NCBI RefSeq assembly: GCF_964213995.1
Contig: NW_027590261.1
Span: 496,001-560,000 of the forward strand
Source: Mustelus asterias
Lineage: Eukaryota
Length of the DNA: 64,000 nt
Direction of reading: 5' to 3'
Made by a program: the position numbers and the translations under genes. The notes under the pieces were generated by a model. The model made no database searches and was not told the DNA's origin. It saw only the letters and a list, made by a program, of their open reading frames with translations. This document shows positions 12,100 to 25,589 of this stretch, in pieces (position 1 is the first letter of the stretch; the number at the start of each line of letters is the position of its first letter).

Positions 12100-14105
12100 A
12101 CTAAATTTTGCAGCACAGCATTAAAGCAAAAGTTAAAGCATACAAAGCGGCAAAGATTAGTGGGAAGCCAGGGGATTGGGACGCATTTCAAAGCAAGCAG
12201 AGGACACTAAAAAAGCAATAAGGGGGAGAAGATGAAATATGAGTGTAAGCTAGGTAGTAATATGAAATAAGACAGGGAGAGTTTTTTTCAATATAAAAAA
12301 AGGTAAGAAAGATGCAAAAATTGCCATTGGACCACTGGAAAATTAGACTGGAGAAGTAATAACAGGAAGCAAAGCAATGGCAGAGGAACTGAATAGTTAC
12401 TTTGCATCAGTCTTCACGGTGGAAGACACCAGTGGAATGCCAGAGCTCCAGGAGAGTCCAGGGGCACAGGTGACTGTAGTGGCCATCACTAAGGAGAGGA
12501 TTCTGGGGAAATTGAAAGGTCTGAAGGTGGATAAATCACCTGGACCGGAAGGACTACACCGCAGGGTTCTAAAAGAGATAACTGAGGAAATTGTGGAAGC
12601 ATTGGTGGTGATCTTTCAGAAATCACTGCAGGCAGGGACTGTACCAGAGGACTGGAAAGTAGCGAATGCAGCACCACTGTTTCAGAAGGGAGGGAGGCAG
12701 CAGACGAGAAACTATAGGCCGGTTAGCCTGACTTCGGTCATTGGCAAGACTTTAAATTCCATTATCAAAGATGAGACCGCAGAGTACATGGAAGTGCATG
12801 ATAAAGTAGGAATGAGTCAGCACAGTTTTGTGAAGGGGAGGTAATATCTGACAAATCTGTTAGAGTTCTTGGAGGAGGTAACAAGGAAGTTAGATAAATG
12901 AGAGCCAGTGGACATGATTTATTTAGATTTCCAGAAGGCCTTTGACAAGGTGCCGAAAAGGAGACTGTTAAATAAGTTAAATGCCCATGGTGTTAAGGGT
13001 AAGATCCTGGCATGGATAGAGGATTGGTTGATTGGCAGAAGGCAGAGAGTGGGAAAAAAGGGGTCTTTCTCAGGATGGCAGCCGGTGACTAGTGGTGTGC
13101 CTCAGGGGTCAGTGCTGGGACCACAACTTTTCACAGTATGCATTAGCGATTTGGAGGAAAGAACTGAAGGTACTGTTGCTAAGTTTGCAGATGATACAAA
13201 GATATGTAGAGGGACAGGTAATATTGAGTAAGCAGGGGGGCTGCAGAAGGGCTTGGACAGGTTAGCAGAGTCGGCAAAGATGTGGCAGCTGGAATACAAT
13301 TTGGGAAAGTGTGAGGTTACGCGCTTGGAAGGAGGATTGGAGGCATAGACTATTTTCTAAATGGGAAAATGCTGAGGAAATCAAAAATACGAAGGGACTT
13401 GGGAGTCATTGTTCAAGAATCTCTTAAGGTTAAAGTGCAGGTTCAGGAAGGCAAATGCAATGTTTGCATTCATGACGAGAGGGCTAGAATACAAGAGCAG
13501 GGATGTACTTCTGAGGCTGTACAAGGCTCTGGTCAGACCCAATTGGAGTATTGTGGGTCTTGGGCCCCATATCTAAGGAAGGATGTGCTGGCCATGGAAA
13601 GGGTCCAGTGGAGTTTCACAAGAATGATTCCTGGAATGAAGCGCTTGCTGTATGAGGAATGGTTGAGTCCTCTGGATCTGTACTCGTTGGAGTTTTGAAG
13701 GATGAGGGGAGATCTTATTGAAACTTTCAGGCTACTGCGAGGCCTGGATAGAGTGGGCGTGGAGAGGATGTTTCCACTCGTAGGAAAAACTAGAACCAGA
13801 GGGCATAACCTCAGACTAAAGGGACGATCCTTTAAAACAGAGATGAGGAGGAATTTCCTCAGCCAGAGTGTGGTAAATTTGTGGATCTCTTGCCGCAGAA
13901 GGCTGTGGAGGCGAGGTCATTGGGTGTTTTTAAGACAAAGATAGAGGGTTTGTGAGTAATAAGAGGATCAGTGCTTATGGGGAAAAGGCAAGAGAATGTG
14001 GATGAGAAAAATGTCAGCCATGATTGAATGGCGGAGCAGACTCGATGGACCGAGTGGCCTCATTCTGCTCCTATGTCTTATGTTTTATGGACTTATGGTC
14101 TTATA
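12100..14105 (+). mobile_element. CR1 LINE, ~2 kb 5'-truncated ORF2 (reverse transcriptase) with stops and frameshifts
   Basis: KSPGPEG...[37 protein letters not shown]; (TCTTATG)n-type tail. Confidence 0.92.
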
Positions 14106-15937
14106 TACTGACACACTTGGAATAAAGGACCTGCTTCGATTTTTGAAGTAGTAAATCACAAATATGTGCATGTAGAACAGCAAATTTTAGGACAAGCTAT
14201 CGTCACATCCATTCATCCACTCACTGATTCCTCAATCAAAACATTCAGGCATCCAACTATCGTTCATCCCTGCATCACCGCAAGTATTCCTTTATTGTTG
14301 GGTAGATGGTGGTGTAATATTAATGCCAGTGTACCAGTAATCCAGAAGCCCAGGCCAATGATGTGGAGACACGAGATTAAATCCGACCCTGGCAGCTGGT
14401 GGAATTTGAATTCAATCAATAAATCTGGAATACATACTGACAGCGACCAGATAAACCTCTCTGATTCCCCAATGAAGGAAATCTGCCATCCCTACCTGGT
14501 CTCATCAGGATGTGACTGCAGACGGACACAATATAACTAACTGGGCAATGCCTTCTGAGATGCCCTAGCATACCACTCAGTTCAAAAGAAATTAGGCAAA
14601 GGGAATAAATGTTGGCCTTTCCAGAGATTCTCATGTCCCATGGAAGAATGAAGTGAAAGAAAACACAAGCAGACATGTTTATCTAGTATAAAATATATCA
14701 CCTCTCTGAATCAACTCTCATAATCTGCCGGTATTTGTTTTATATCCATCCATCAATGTTTTGTTGTGTTGGAGAGATCATCATTGTTGCTAACAAGGTG
14801 CCAGAGGTGCTGAATACTTTCTTTTCCGAAGAAATGGCAAACATTCATAGATGTTTGCAACTTAAAAATAATTAAATTGCCTCCAGTACTGTTGCTGGGT
14901 AGATTTGTTTATAAATAGGCCCCATTGACAATGCTGAGAGTTTGAAGTTGGCTTGCAGCCAAGTGTTCAGTACTGAGGAAACAGGTTTTTGATTTACTGA
15001 ACAAACACCCTCAGATGCTTCCTGTAAATATTTTTGGGTATTTGGCAGCAGGCTGGACTGTTGCCAAATACTGCGTAGGACAGATTAACGTGAATCTGTA
15101 AGGATAACATGGGACTTCGTCAGTTATACAATAAATGTTTTATTCCCAAAAGGAAGGCACATTTTAAATGGCTTTTCTTCTAAGCAAATATTTTAAATGA
15201 ATGCACTTTTCATTATGTGATTAAAAAGTATCGGAAACTAGTCAATTGATTTGATGCTATTTCATTTGTATAGCCTCCAAAGAAATGTCCTTCCAACAAT
15301 TAAAGCCTCTTTATGAACAACTTCATGAAGTGCAGGAAAAATATGTTGATGTCCCCAATCCCTCAGTCCAATGAGGTCAGTGTAAAGGCACAAAAATGAA
15401 AATAATTAAAAGTAAAAGAAAATCATATATCTACATTGAACAGCGGGGATTTCTGGAAAATTCTCAATGTTCTGCTCCTCATTAAAAACTTATACCTGAT
15501 GTACAACGTGTTCTGTTGTCCAGCATAATCTGGTTTCGATTATTTAACAGTTCCTCTCATAACTGCCAATGAGTGAAGAAATGACCAGTTCATAACCTGG
15601 TTCAGTGAAAGATAAAATATTTATTCTTGTGATATTATGCATTATGCCGCAAAGTCCTGATGTCCTGTGTTCCCAATACCAGCTGCTGGCCAATAAAATG
15701 ATCTGTCATGACTTGGATGCTGAAGGAGAACTTTCCTGATTGCCGTGTCCGTTCTCATTCATTAGCTTCTTTGTCAAAAGTCAATGTCGATTTTATGTTT
15801 CTCTGTCAACTCAATGCTTAATTGTAAGTCAAGAAGTTTCCTTTCACCGTTAATTTTCACAGGGTTAAGGAGCTGTTGGGGAAATATAAGGTGTAACATT
15901 GTATCAGATAAGGAGTTTATTTTGTTAATTTCTTCGT

Positions 15938-16233
15938 GGGCGGCAAGGTGGCATAGTGGTTACCATTGCTGCTTCACAGCGTCAGGGACCGTGGTTCAAT
16001 TCCCGGAATGGGTCACTGTCTGTGTGTAGTCTGCACATTCTCCAATTGTCTGCCTGTTTACTCCCATGGTCCAAAGATATGCCGATTAGGTTGATTGGCG
16101 ATGATGAATTGTCCCATAGAATCAAGTGAATTAGCAGGGAGTATATGAATTAGCAGGGATGGGAATAGGGCCTGGGTGGGAGCGTTGTCGCTGCGGGCCC
16201 GATATGCTCCTTCTGCACTGCAGGGATTCTATG
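15938..16233 (+). mobile_element. V-SINE (paralog at 30278-30590)
   Basis: GGCGGCAAGGTGGCATAGTGGTT... head and CTGCAGGGATTCTATG tail. Confidence 0.75.
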
Positions 16234-17105
16234 GACTTGGGTGCCTCTGGCTGATCAGCATTTATTGCCCACCCATTGTCGAGGGCAGTTGAGAGCTAAA
16301 CACATTGCTGTGGCTCTGCAATCACATGTAGGTTAGATGAGGTAAGGACGGCATATGTCCTGCTCTAAAGGACATTAATGAACAAGATAGGTTTTTACAC
16401 AATCGACAGTGATATCATGGTCATAAGTAGATTCTTAATTCCAGATGTTTTTACTGAATTTAAATTCCATCATCTGCCGTGGCGGGATTCGAAGCCGGGT
16501 CCTGAGAACATTAGTTGAGTTTGTGGATTAATTGTCTAGCGATAATAACACTAGGCCACTGCTTCTCTTCTTCTCATATCCAGTCCCAAATTACAGTGAT
16601 AGCTACCCACACCTGAAACACAATCATCCCAGCATTAAGTTACATAAATCGATAATAATTCTTCCAATGAATTATATTTCGCTGTAATGTGTTAGAGACA
16701 CAGAATTATTGCAAATCAGACTGACGTCTTTACCCTGATAAGGTAATGTCATCTGTTTATTTCCATTCCCTTGTGAAGAGGTGCAGAAATAAAGGCACTT
16801 AATTAGTACACAGTGTAAATTATTGTTTCTTGCGCACTATACAGTCAGAGCATAACGTATATAGGGAAGGAAGGGAGAGAGTGAATAATGTAAATTTTGC
16901 AGTCATAGCTGGGGTGTAGAGAAAGATGAACTTAATGCGACGGAGGTCCATTCAAACGTCTGATTGCAGCAGGAAATAAATTGTTTTTGAGTCGGTTTAT
17001 ACGTGTCCTCAGACTTTTGTACCTTGTTCTCGATGGGAAAAGGTGAGAGAGTATGTCCGAAGAGCGTGGCGTTTTATTTTCATAGGATTTTAGATATTTT
17101 TACAA

Positions 17106-17612
17106 GTGTCGAATCGGAGGTTGCGTTGAGTCAGCGAGAGGCAGAAACTGGGCGCCCCTGAAACTCTTTGAGACTGACCTGCAAAGCCAACGCGTTCAAT
17201 GTTGGCAGTGACTGGATGGTCTGGGTCCGACAGGTCCCTGAACAGTGTTTACAGTGTCTTCTTCAGTACGATAGTCTTGGGTCAGCCTGCAATTCCTCCG
17301 CCCCAGGGATTCAGAATCAATTTACCCAACCAAAGACACTTCAAACAACGGAAAGAGAAAATGCTGGAAAATCTCAGCAAGTCTGGCAGCATCTGTAAGT
17401 AGAGAGAAGAACTGACTTTTCGATTCCAGATGACCCTTTGTCAAAACATTCGAAATGTCAGCTATTTTCTCTCCTCAGATATTGCCAGGCCTGCTGAGAT
17501 TTTCCAGCATTTTCTCTTTTGGTTTCAATTCCAGAATCCGTAGTAATTTGCTTTTATACTTTAAACGACATCGTCTCTTTGGAAATAACTGAAAACAGAA
17601 GATTCCTATCTT
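17106..17612 (+). pseudogene. IGHV: VH pseudogene 1
   Basis: VESEVALSQREAETGRP*NSLRLTCKANAFNVGSDWMVWVRQVPEQCLQCLL...; acceptor AG>AA; TGA at 17159; FR3 split by an insertion (17350-17557) and resuming ATCGTCTCTTTGGAAATA...GAAGATTCC; no RSS or leader. Confidence 0.9.
17350..17557. mobile_element. Palindromic Penelope-like insertion in VH pseudogene 1
   Basis: Inverted arms GAAAATGCTGGAAAATCTCAGCA / TGCTGAGATTTTCCAGCATTTTC; degenerate TSD ACTTCAAACAAC / ACTTTAAACGAC. Confidence 0.7.
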
Positions 17613-18279
17613 TACCCTGTCTGTTCTGCATAGACTCCAATTCCACTATGATGAAAATGACTCTTAGCCACTACTGAAATTGCCGGGCAGGCCAGTCAGT
17701 TGAATCAAAGCTGCTATGGAAAAACAAATAATAAAATCATCCAGAGGGCAGGTTTCAACAAGCTGGTTCACACCCGCCTTCTCAGCAGGGACAACTAAAT
17801 GTTGGCTTTGTCAGTGATGCTCACATCCAGAGGATCAATAACAACAGTGTAAAGTGCTGCCGATTCTGGAAATCTAAAACTAAAGCAACACAAATGCTAC
17901 TGAGCAGGTCAGTGTGCATAAGCAGATAGAGAACCAGATTCACATTTAAAATCGATGCCAGGATGCAAAATCTCATTGATATAATTCTAAAGAGCAAGGC
18001 TGTTCTCCCCAATATCCTACCTTAATACTGATTCTTCAAACAAAATCACAAATTTACTGGCAAATTATCACATCTCGGTTTGTGGGAGTGTATTTGCAAT
18101 ATGATAGCAGTGACTAAATTCAGCAAAGGTACATTAGTGAGTTTTAAGAACTTTGGGACGACATGAAGTCCGGTAAAGCGTTTTATAAATGTAAGCTCTA
18201 CCAAAATGAAAGTTGTAATACGTTGGAAGTGCTGAGAGATTAATGCGAATATATTCATTCCTCTGCTGATCATAGCAGC

Positions 18280-18780
18280 ATAGAATCATAGAATCCAGTG
18301 CAGTGCAGTAGGAGGCCATTCGGTCCATCAAGTCTGCAGCTGCTCTCCAGCAGAGCATCCTATCCAGGCCCAGCCTTCACCGTTTCCCGACAACCTCACA
18401 TATTCAGAGGCTAATGTCTCTAACCTACACATCGTTGCACACTAAGGGGCAATTTAGAATCGCCAATCCACCTTGGGCCTGGGAATGATGCCCTGCTGGA
18501 CAGCTGGTGCAGACTTGATGAAGCGAATGGTCTCCTTCTGCACTGTAGGGATTCTGTGATTCTCCGTTGCTCATCCTTGGACTCAAAGGAGCAATTTATC
18601 ATACCAATCCACCTAGCCCGTACATCCTTGGACTCTGGAAGGAAACCGGAGCACCGGAGGAAACTCACATGGACATGGTAGAATGTGAAAAACCACACAC
18701 AGTCACCCAAGGTTGGAATCGAACCCGCTTCCCTGTCACTGTGAGGCTGCAATGCTACTTGTATCACTTAGTGATAACCA
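18280..18780 (-). mobile_element. Composite V-SINE fragments
   Basis: Tail CATAGAATC..., internal inversion and V-domain GGAGCACCGGAGGAAACTCAC. Confidence 0.7.
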
Positions 18781-21700
18781 CACTGGATTTTTTATTCTTC
18801 CCTCGTGTGAGTCTGATCACTAATTATGACAGGAATATTTCACACATCAGTTCTCTTTGTTTTAACTTGTCTAGTTGAAGCAATTTAGATCATCAATCAA
18901 ATTAACATTCAATGGAATACCAGCCTGTTCACAGATACTTTATTTATTGTGACATCAGAACTTTCAGAACAAATTCTTAAATAGAATGTATTTATTCATT
19001 TAATTAAATAGCATCTGGTGTAATGTATGTTAAAAAGGTTTCTATTCATTTTGAACCAACTGTTAATATTCTTAAAATAACCGCTGTTTTGAGTTGAAAC
19101 GAATGAATAAATGATGGTTTATCTGTTTTTGCTGCCATGAACATTTCATTGTAAACAGTGAGGTGCTTATGTAAATAAACACAGAAATAGAAATCCCAGG
19201 TTAGATTGTTGACTGACAAACAGACAACAAATATTTCCCCACCAGCACAGCACAGAAATAGAGACAAACATGCAAATTGATCAACGGATTCCAGAAATGA
19301 TTGTTTTTATACATTAGTTATTCATCAATTATATGAAGAAATAATATCATGACAATACCTATGTTAAGAATTAGCAAAAAATCCTCTGATCCCGAAATGT
19401 GATAACACGGCAAATGTGTTCATGGAAATTCCCTGTGTTTCATCTCTCTCTCTGTCTTTCTCCTTCTGGTTCTAAGTCTTGTCTCTTCACGATCGTTCAT
19501 CGTCTTCACTCCACAATCTGAATTCAATGTTGCCCAATGTATTCTCTCAGCCAGAGTAGTAAGGAATGCAACGCAATGAATTGGAATCCATGAGGGAGAT
19601 TTACTCTAAAAGATCTCTTGAGCATTCTATTATCTTGGGATATTTTATACATTTCCCTCTGTATCTAATCTGTGTTGTACCTCGTAACAAGGATTCGATG
19701 TGGCAGTACCAAAGAAAATTTCCCTGTATTTATCCCTGCCCTTGGACTGTTTGACTGGACAGTGTAGAGGAATATTTAACCTGAATCTAAACTCACGTAC
19801 CTGCCCTTTGAATGTTTGATATTACTTGTAAAGGGAGATTTTATCCGTATCTAATCTCTGCTGTACCTGACTTGGGTGTATTTTATGGGACTGTGTCGAG
19901 GGATCTTCCCCTTCTACCGAACACCAATTCAAACTTGCCTCCCGATTCTCTGAAGGAAAAATGCAGAAGTTGTTTTACCTAGAAGAGAATCCCTGGTCTG
20001 TATGCCTTCATTGTATTTGAGCAGACTTTGTAGAGGGAGTTTCACTCTGTTTCTAGACAGTCTCCCTTTTCCAGGGATGTTTTATTTTGATAGTGAGAGG
20101 GAGGTTCACTTTGTATCTAAATCATGCTATTCCTGACTTGGGAGTGTTAAATTTGGCAATGCATGGGGGAACTTTACTGTTAACCCCATATTACTCCTGT
20201 CCTGTGAATTTTTGATGGGGCAGTAGGCCGTCTCTCCAAATTTCATGGAGGTTGAACCAGTCTCTTTATTAGACAGTCAATTTACCCTGTGTCAGCTTCT
20301 ATTATATAAGGTCATGCCTCGGTTTATGCTGCACGAGACCCTATCTCTTCACATATTAAACGAGATGCTTTCTCTTACTATACTAAATTAGACCTTGTCC
20401 CTGTTTATATTATGCATCAACATGTTTCAGTTTATATCAAACTAGACGATGTATCGGTTTGTATTAATTTAGACCTGTCTGTTTGTATTAAACTAGATGG
20501 AGTCTTATTTCTGCACTTGACCCTATCCACGTTTATATTGCATTGGACATGGTCTCAGTTTTTACTGCACTGGACAATGCCAGTAATGAGGAAAGTGTTT
20601 AGGGGGACACAATTCTCTGCATCCTCTTAAACAAGGAAAAGAAGCAGTGTTATCTGAAATCTACTTCTGCTGACTGCATTGAAAATGGTTACTAAGACCT
20701 GTATAGCATGCACTGTCAACACAGAACAAAGAACAAGAAAATTACTGCAGAGGAACAGGCCCTTCGGCACTGGAAGCACGCACCGACCAAATACTGTCGA
20801 TCCAATACTGCCTGTTTCAGAATCCTGCCAGAGACCACTGTTTTTCATCCAACATAATATCTCTTCTTCTCGTAGAACCGCGGAGAAATGCAGACATCAT
20901 TCAAATAGAGGCAACATTAAGTGCAGGCATAACACTAACACAGTCTAGTGAAATATGTACAGGGTCAGGATCAAATATTACTGAACCAGAGAGTGTGGCT
21001 CGTGCAGTATAAACTGATTTCTAGTCTAGCAGTGTATTAACAGAGACAGACTCTAATTTAACATAAACTGGGTCCTGATCCAGCAAAGTAGAAATGGGTT
21101 TATTTCCGAGTGCCATGTGGGGATGGTAAAAGGCCAAATGCTGATCTTTTCAGTGACACCCACATCCCATGAAACAAACATTACAAATATATATGACAAT
21201 GTCGAGGAAAATAAAACTGAGACAGTGTCCAGTGCAGTTTTACTGGACATAGGAGCTTATGCATATAAACTGAGACAGAGCCCAGTAATTAATGATACAG
21301 GACCTAAATTTCTTTAGAGTGAGACGGAGTCAAGTGCATTAGTAATAATTACTAATAGATACAGGACAGTGACAGATGTAAACTGAGACAGAGTCCAGTG
21401 TATTAGTAATGATTACTGATACAGTACCTAGACTGATGTAAACTGAGACAGAGCCCAGTTTATTTGTAATAATTACTGGTACAGGGCCTAGACTGATATA
21501 CAATGAGATATGGACAATGCCGCAATTAGGAGGTATTGCAAAATGCAATCATAGCTGAGACGTGACATAGTCTTAAATAAATAAATACATGGACTGGTGC
21601 AGCATTGACGCAAACAGGATCGAGTTTATCAAAATCTAATGAACTATTAGCATAATAACTGTGACAGATACATGTGTCATGTATGAAGCAGTTGCTCCAG

Positions 21701-23559
21701 TTTAGTATGCAGTGGCAAATGTTCTGAGGCAGTAAGAATTGAGACACGGCCTCTTGTCGGATCAGCAGAAGCATGGCTCAGTACAGCCATAACTTAGAAA
21801 TTATAATATAAACAGGGCCTGTGTCTCATATATGAACACCTGATATTGAGCCAAATGTAGGAAATAGCTTAGACATGACCTCCTGGAATGTGATCCAGGC
21901 GCAGCCTACTGTAATATAGACAGACGCAGAAGCTAGCTGAATATAGGCAGAGATATGGTATGTTTAAAATTGTTTCATGTGATTTGATGTCACTGGGAAA
22001 GTCAGCTTTTGTTGTCAAACCATGATTTCCTTTGAGAATATGGCGGCAGGCTTTGGGAAGCTGGTGGGTGGGGTGTTCTTCGAGCCAGCTACTTTCTCCA
22101 GAATGACATTGAGCTTTTGAGTGGCACAAGTCAGGCAAGTAGAGAATATTCAATCATTTGTGTCGGCACATATTTGGTGGGCCGAAGGGCCTGTTCCTGT
22201 ACTTTACTGTTCTGTGATATTTGTTCATACTCCTGTCTTTTGCCTTGTAGATGATGGATAGGAGTTGGGAATTCAGGAGGTGCGTTGTTCACAGCAGAAC
22301 TCCGAGCGTCTGACCTCCTCGTGTGGCCACATGATTTAAACGTCTGTCTTCGTTCAAATTTTCACGAATTATAATTCCCAGGATGTTGATAATGGGCGAA
22401 TTCAGCGATGGGTAATGCCATTTAATGTCATGGGGAGTGGTTTGGAATCTCCCTCGTTGGAGACTGTCATTGCCTGACACTTGTGGTGCATGAATGTTCC
22501 TTGTCATTCATTATCCAAAGACTGAATGTTTTCTAAGTCTTACTGCATATGGGCACAGACTGTGTCAGTAACTGAGGAGTCGCAACTGGTGCGGAACTTT
22601 GTGCAATCACCTGTGAAAATCCCACTTCTGAACTTTGATGAAGGCTGAAGCTTGGGGCGAGGTCACTACCTGAAGAATTCCTGCAGCAATGCGTGTGACT
22701 GGCATGATTGGCCATCAACAATCATCTTCCTTTGTGCTCAGTATGACTCAGGCAGTGGACTCTGTTCCCCCTGATTCCCATTGACTGCAGTTTCGCTCGG
22801 GTCCTTGATGCCACAAACGGTCAGACGCTGTGTCGATGTCAAGGGCAGGCACTCTCTATTCACCTTTTTAATTTATGTTTTAAAATCTATATTTGGACTC
22901 TTTCCAAATCATTTCTGGAATCGAGTGCTCCGTGCGGGACCCAAATTGAGCATCTTGGTGTGTGTGTGTGTTGTGTGAAATACATCGTGTTTGATACAAA
23001 TTAATTCCACAATGATCACGTGCATCCTTCCATTTACACTACATGATGGACACACAATAAACACATCCAATTCAGATTGGCTTCCTTTACATATGTCACC
23101 TTTTCTAATGATTGAGGAGGCCAATTTTTGAAAAGTTAGTTCTGCCACAAGTGCTGCCCATTAAGCTACCATTCGTCATTGTGTGTTATCGTTTTTGTAT
23201 CATGAATGGAGATTAGGAGCTTTGGTGTAGAGCCAGTTATCACCAAAATCCTGTATTCCTTGCCGTGCTGACGGTGTTGAATGTCTTCGCGAGATTGGCC
23301 GAAGTACGTTAAAGATATGGACACATATGGAACATGGAGAAGTTGTTGGCTGGAGTAAATGTTCCAACACAGTCACTACACTGCACATCAGGAACACCCG
23401 GTCTGCAAGCAGGTGATGTATTTCAAGTGTGACCCCAGCGAAGATCTTACCCGTGATGTTATGACTGAGATATGTCGGTAGTTGCAACAGTCTCTTCCAT
23501 CGGTTTACTTTGCAAAAAGTGTGATGAATTTGAATCATGCCTGTCTTATGGAATGATGG

Positions 23560-23860
23560 GTGCCATGGTGGCACAGTGGTTAGCTCTGTTGCCTCACAGT
23601 GCCAGGGCCACTTGTTTGGTTCCGGCTTGGGTCAGTGTCTGTGCGGAGTCTGTACTTTCTCCCCGTTTATGCGTGGATTTCTGCTGGGTGGTCCAGTTTC
23701 CTGCACAGTCCGAAAATGCATGCCGGTAATGTGCACTGGCCAGGCTAAATTCTCCCTCAGTGTACCCGAACAGAAGCTACAGTGTGGCGACTCAGGGATT
23801 TTAAAGTGACTTCATTGCAGTGTTAATGTAAGCCTACTTGTGACATTAATAAATGAACTA
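23560..23860 (+). mobile_element. V-SINE (paralog at 37390-37690)
   Basis: Head, V-domain and CTTCATTGCAGTGTTAATGTAAGCC tail; same insertion point in both beta copies. Confidence 0.8.
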
Positions 23861-24049
23861 CAAACCTTAAATCTTCCAGCAAATAAGGAGAATGTCATAA
23901 ATGTTCAGAAAGATAGTAATTATTTTCACCAATGACCATCCATTCGCAATTTAATAAATGCATTCACCAATTCTCATTCATTCACAAAGGTTAGTCTATT
24001 TAAAATTACTTGATGGAAGGTGGGCGACTGTCTAAGCTATAATTTAATA

Positions 24050-24470
24050 GAGTCAAAGTTTCGAGTCGGGATGACCCTTTTTTTATTTGGGGGAAATTGA
24101 AGAGGGTGAGGACATTGGGAAATGATGAGGTGGAAAGGGATTAGGATATAGTTAGCGATTGAGATGTTGATTAGGTTCGTTAGCATGGAGAAGTTGATGA
24201 TTTTTGGGATCGGTATGTAAATTGATGCAACTTGTGTGTGGCTCGAAATAGTGCATATAATTAAACAGTATCTATTTGAACTATTCCCATTCCACAGGAA
24301 AGTTATGCAGCTTGTCTGACACCTTGTTAGAAACAATGATGATCTCTCCAACGCATCAGGAATACTCTGCCGAAGCGTCATCCAGACTCGAAACGTTGGC
24401 TCTATTCTGTCTCCACAGATGCTGTCAGACCTGCTGAGATTTTCCAGCATTTTCTGTTTGTTTCCAGTAT
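24050..24470. mobile_element. Penelope-like inverted termini flanking captured sequence (paralog at 38178-38705)
   Basis: Hammerhead-like CTGCCGA-AGCGTCATCCAGACTC-GAAA at ~24366-24393 and an inverted GAGTCGGGATGACCC at ~24063; terminal arms as in 17350-17557. Confidence 0.65.
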
Positions 24471-25589
24471 TTCCTTCTATACAACTTTGCTTTGAATAAT
24501 TTATTGATATTAACATTTATTGACACCTTTTTGTCACCAAGGATAAAATCTGTCCCAGAATTCAGTTGGAAATTGAATGAATACAGACCGAGGATCATGA
24601 GTAGCTACCCAGCAGTCTCTGCGCTTTAAACTCCTGAATCATAACTGGTGTGATGATTTCCAAAGTAATCATACAAATTAAACTACCTGCACCAAATATG
24701 ATTTTACTGAATCTTTAAATCCCGATCCATTATTACACAGTTTTGGGAAATAATGTAACACTTGTAGTTGTCCAGTGGGTTTCACAATATATCTGTTGCC
24801 ACATTATTTATTTTACAGCCTGTTACCTTCACTAATTTGGGTGAGGGCATGGTGAGTGATTTGCTGCACATGTTTCAAATATTACAATCCTCCCTCCTCA
24901 GCCAAATCATGTTCCCTCTTTCGATCTTGGATATGAATATTCAGCATCAGCAGAGAAATGAACCATCCGTGCGGCAGGAAAATCCCCTCTTCTTTTCGTG
25001 AGGATCAGCTTGCTCGCTCCCTAGAAACTAGGGTTGGATTTCTCCCAGAACCTCTGGAAGTATTGACGTTATTAGTCTGACAGAAATGGGATAAAGGAGC
25101 TGTTTCAATTTATGGACCAGTGAAGTACAAACATGGGAATGTAGAACAACATATTTCAGTACCATTTAACAATGCATCTATCAATCCATTCACTGATTCC
25201 TCAATCAAAATATTCAGGCATCCAACTGTCATTCATCCAACTATCATTCATTCAACTGTCTTTCATTCCTGCATCAAGACAGTCATTCATTTATTGTTTG
25301 TGCAGATGGTGACGTAATATCAATTTAATTGGCCCAGTGATCCAGAGGCCTAGGACAATGATGTGGGGACAGGGATTTAAATCGGAGCATTGCAGCTGAT
25401 GGAATTTGAATTCAATTAATAAATATGGAATACATTCTAATGGCCATGCTAAATTGCCCCTTAGTATCCAAAGATGTTCAGATTAGGTGGATTGGTCATG
25501 GTAAATGTGTGGGGCTATGGGGCATGGGTAGGGGAAAGGGTTTGGCTCAGATACTCTGTCAGAGATTCGGTGCAGACTCGATGGGCAAT

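Larger units (their letters stand above)
9170..16780 (-). pseudogene. Unidentified multi-exon gene relic, copy alpha-1 (interrupted by LINEs and SINEs)
   Basis: Homologous blocks: ...EPGYELVISSLIGSYERN (15500-15800), GLRDWGHQHIFPALHEVVHK (15275-15375), DYVSIKRRGCWVAAHYPRSDLIRLPAEFWDRCYTLV (10620-10740), RHSTP...WAALVTEPTSQK (9170-9500). Confidence 0.6.
23090..25080 (-). pseudogene. Unidentified gene relic, copy beta-1 (last three exons only)
   Basis: Matches 36930-39379, including the shared SINE and Penelope-like insertions. Confidence 0.55.
9196..25444. repeat. Segmental tandem duplication, left copy (paralogous to 25586-~39745)
   Basis: Colinear matches and shared TE insertions: 9760-10480~26135-27710, 15938~30278, 23560~37390, 24050~38180. 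Confidence 0.85.
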
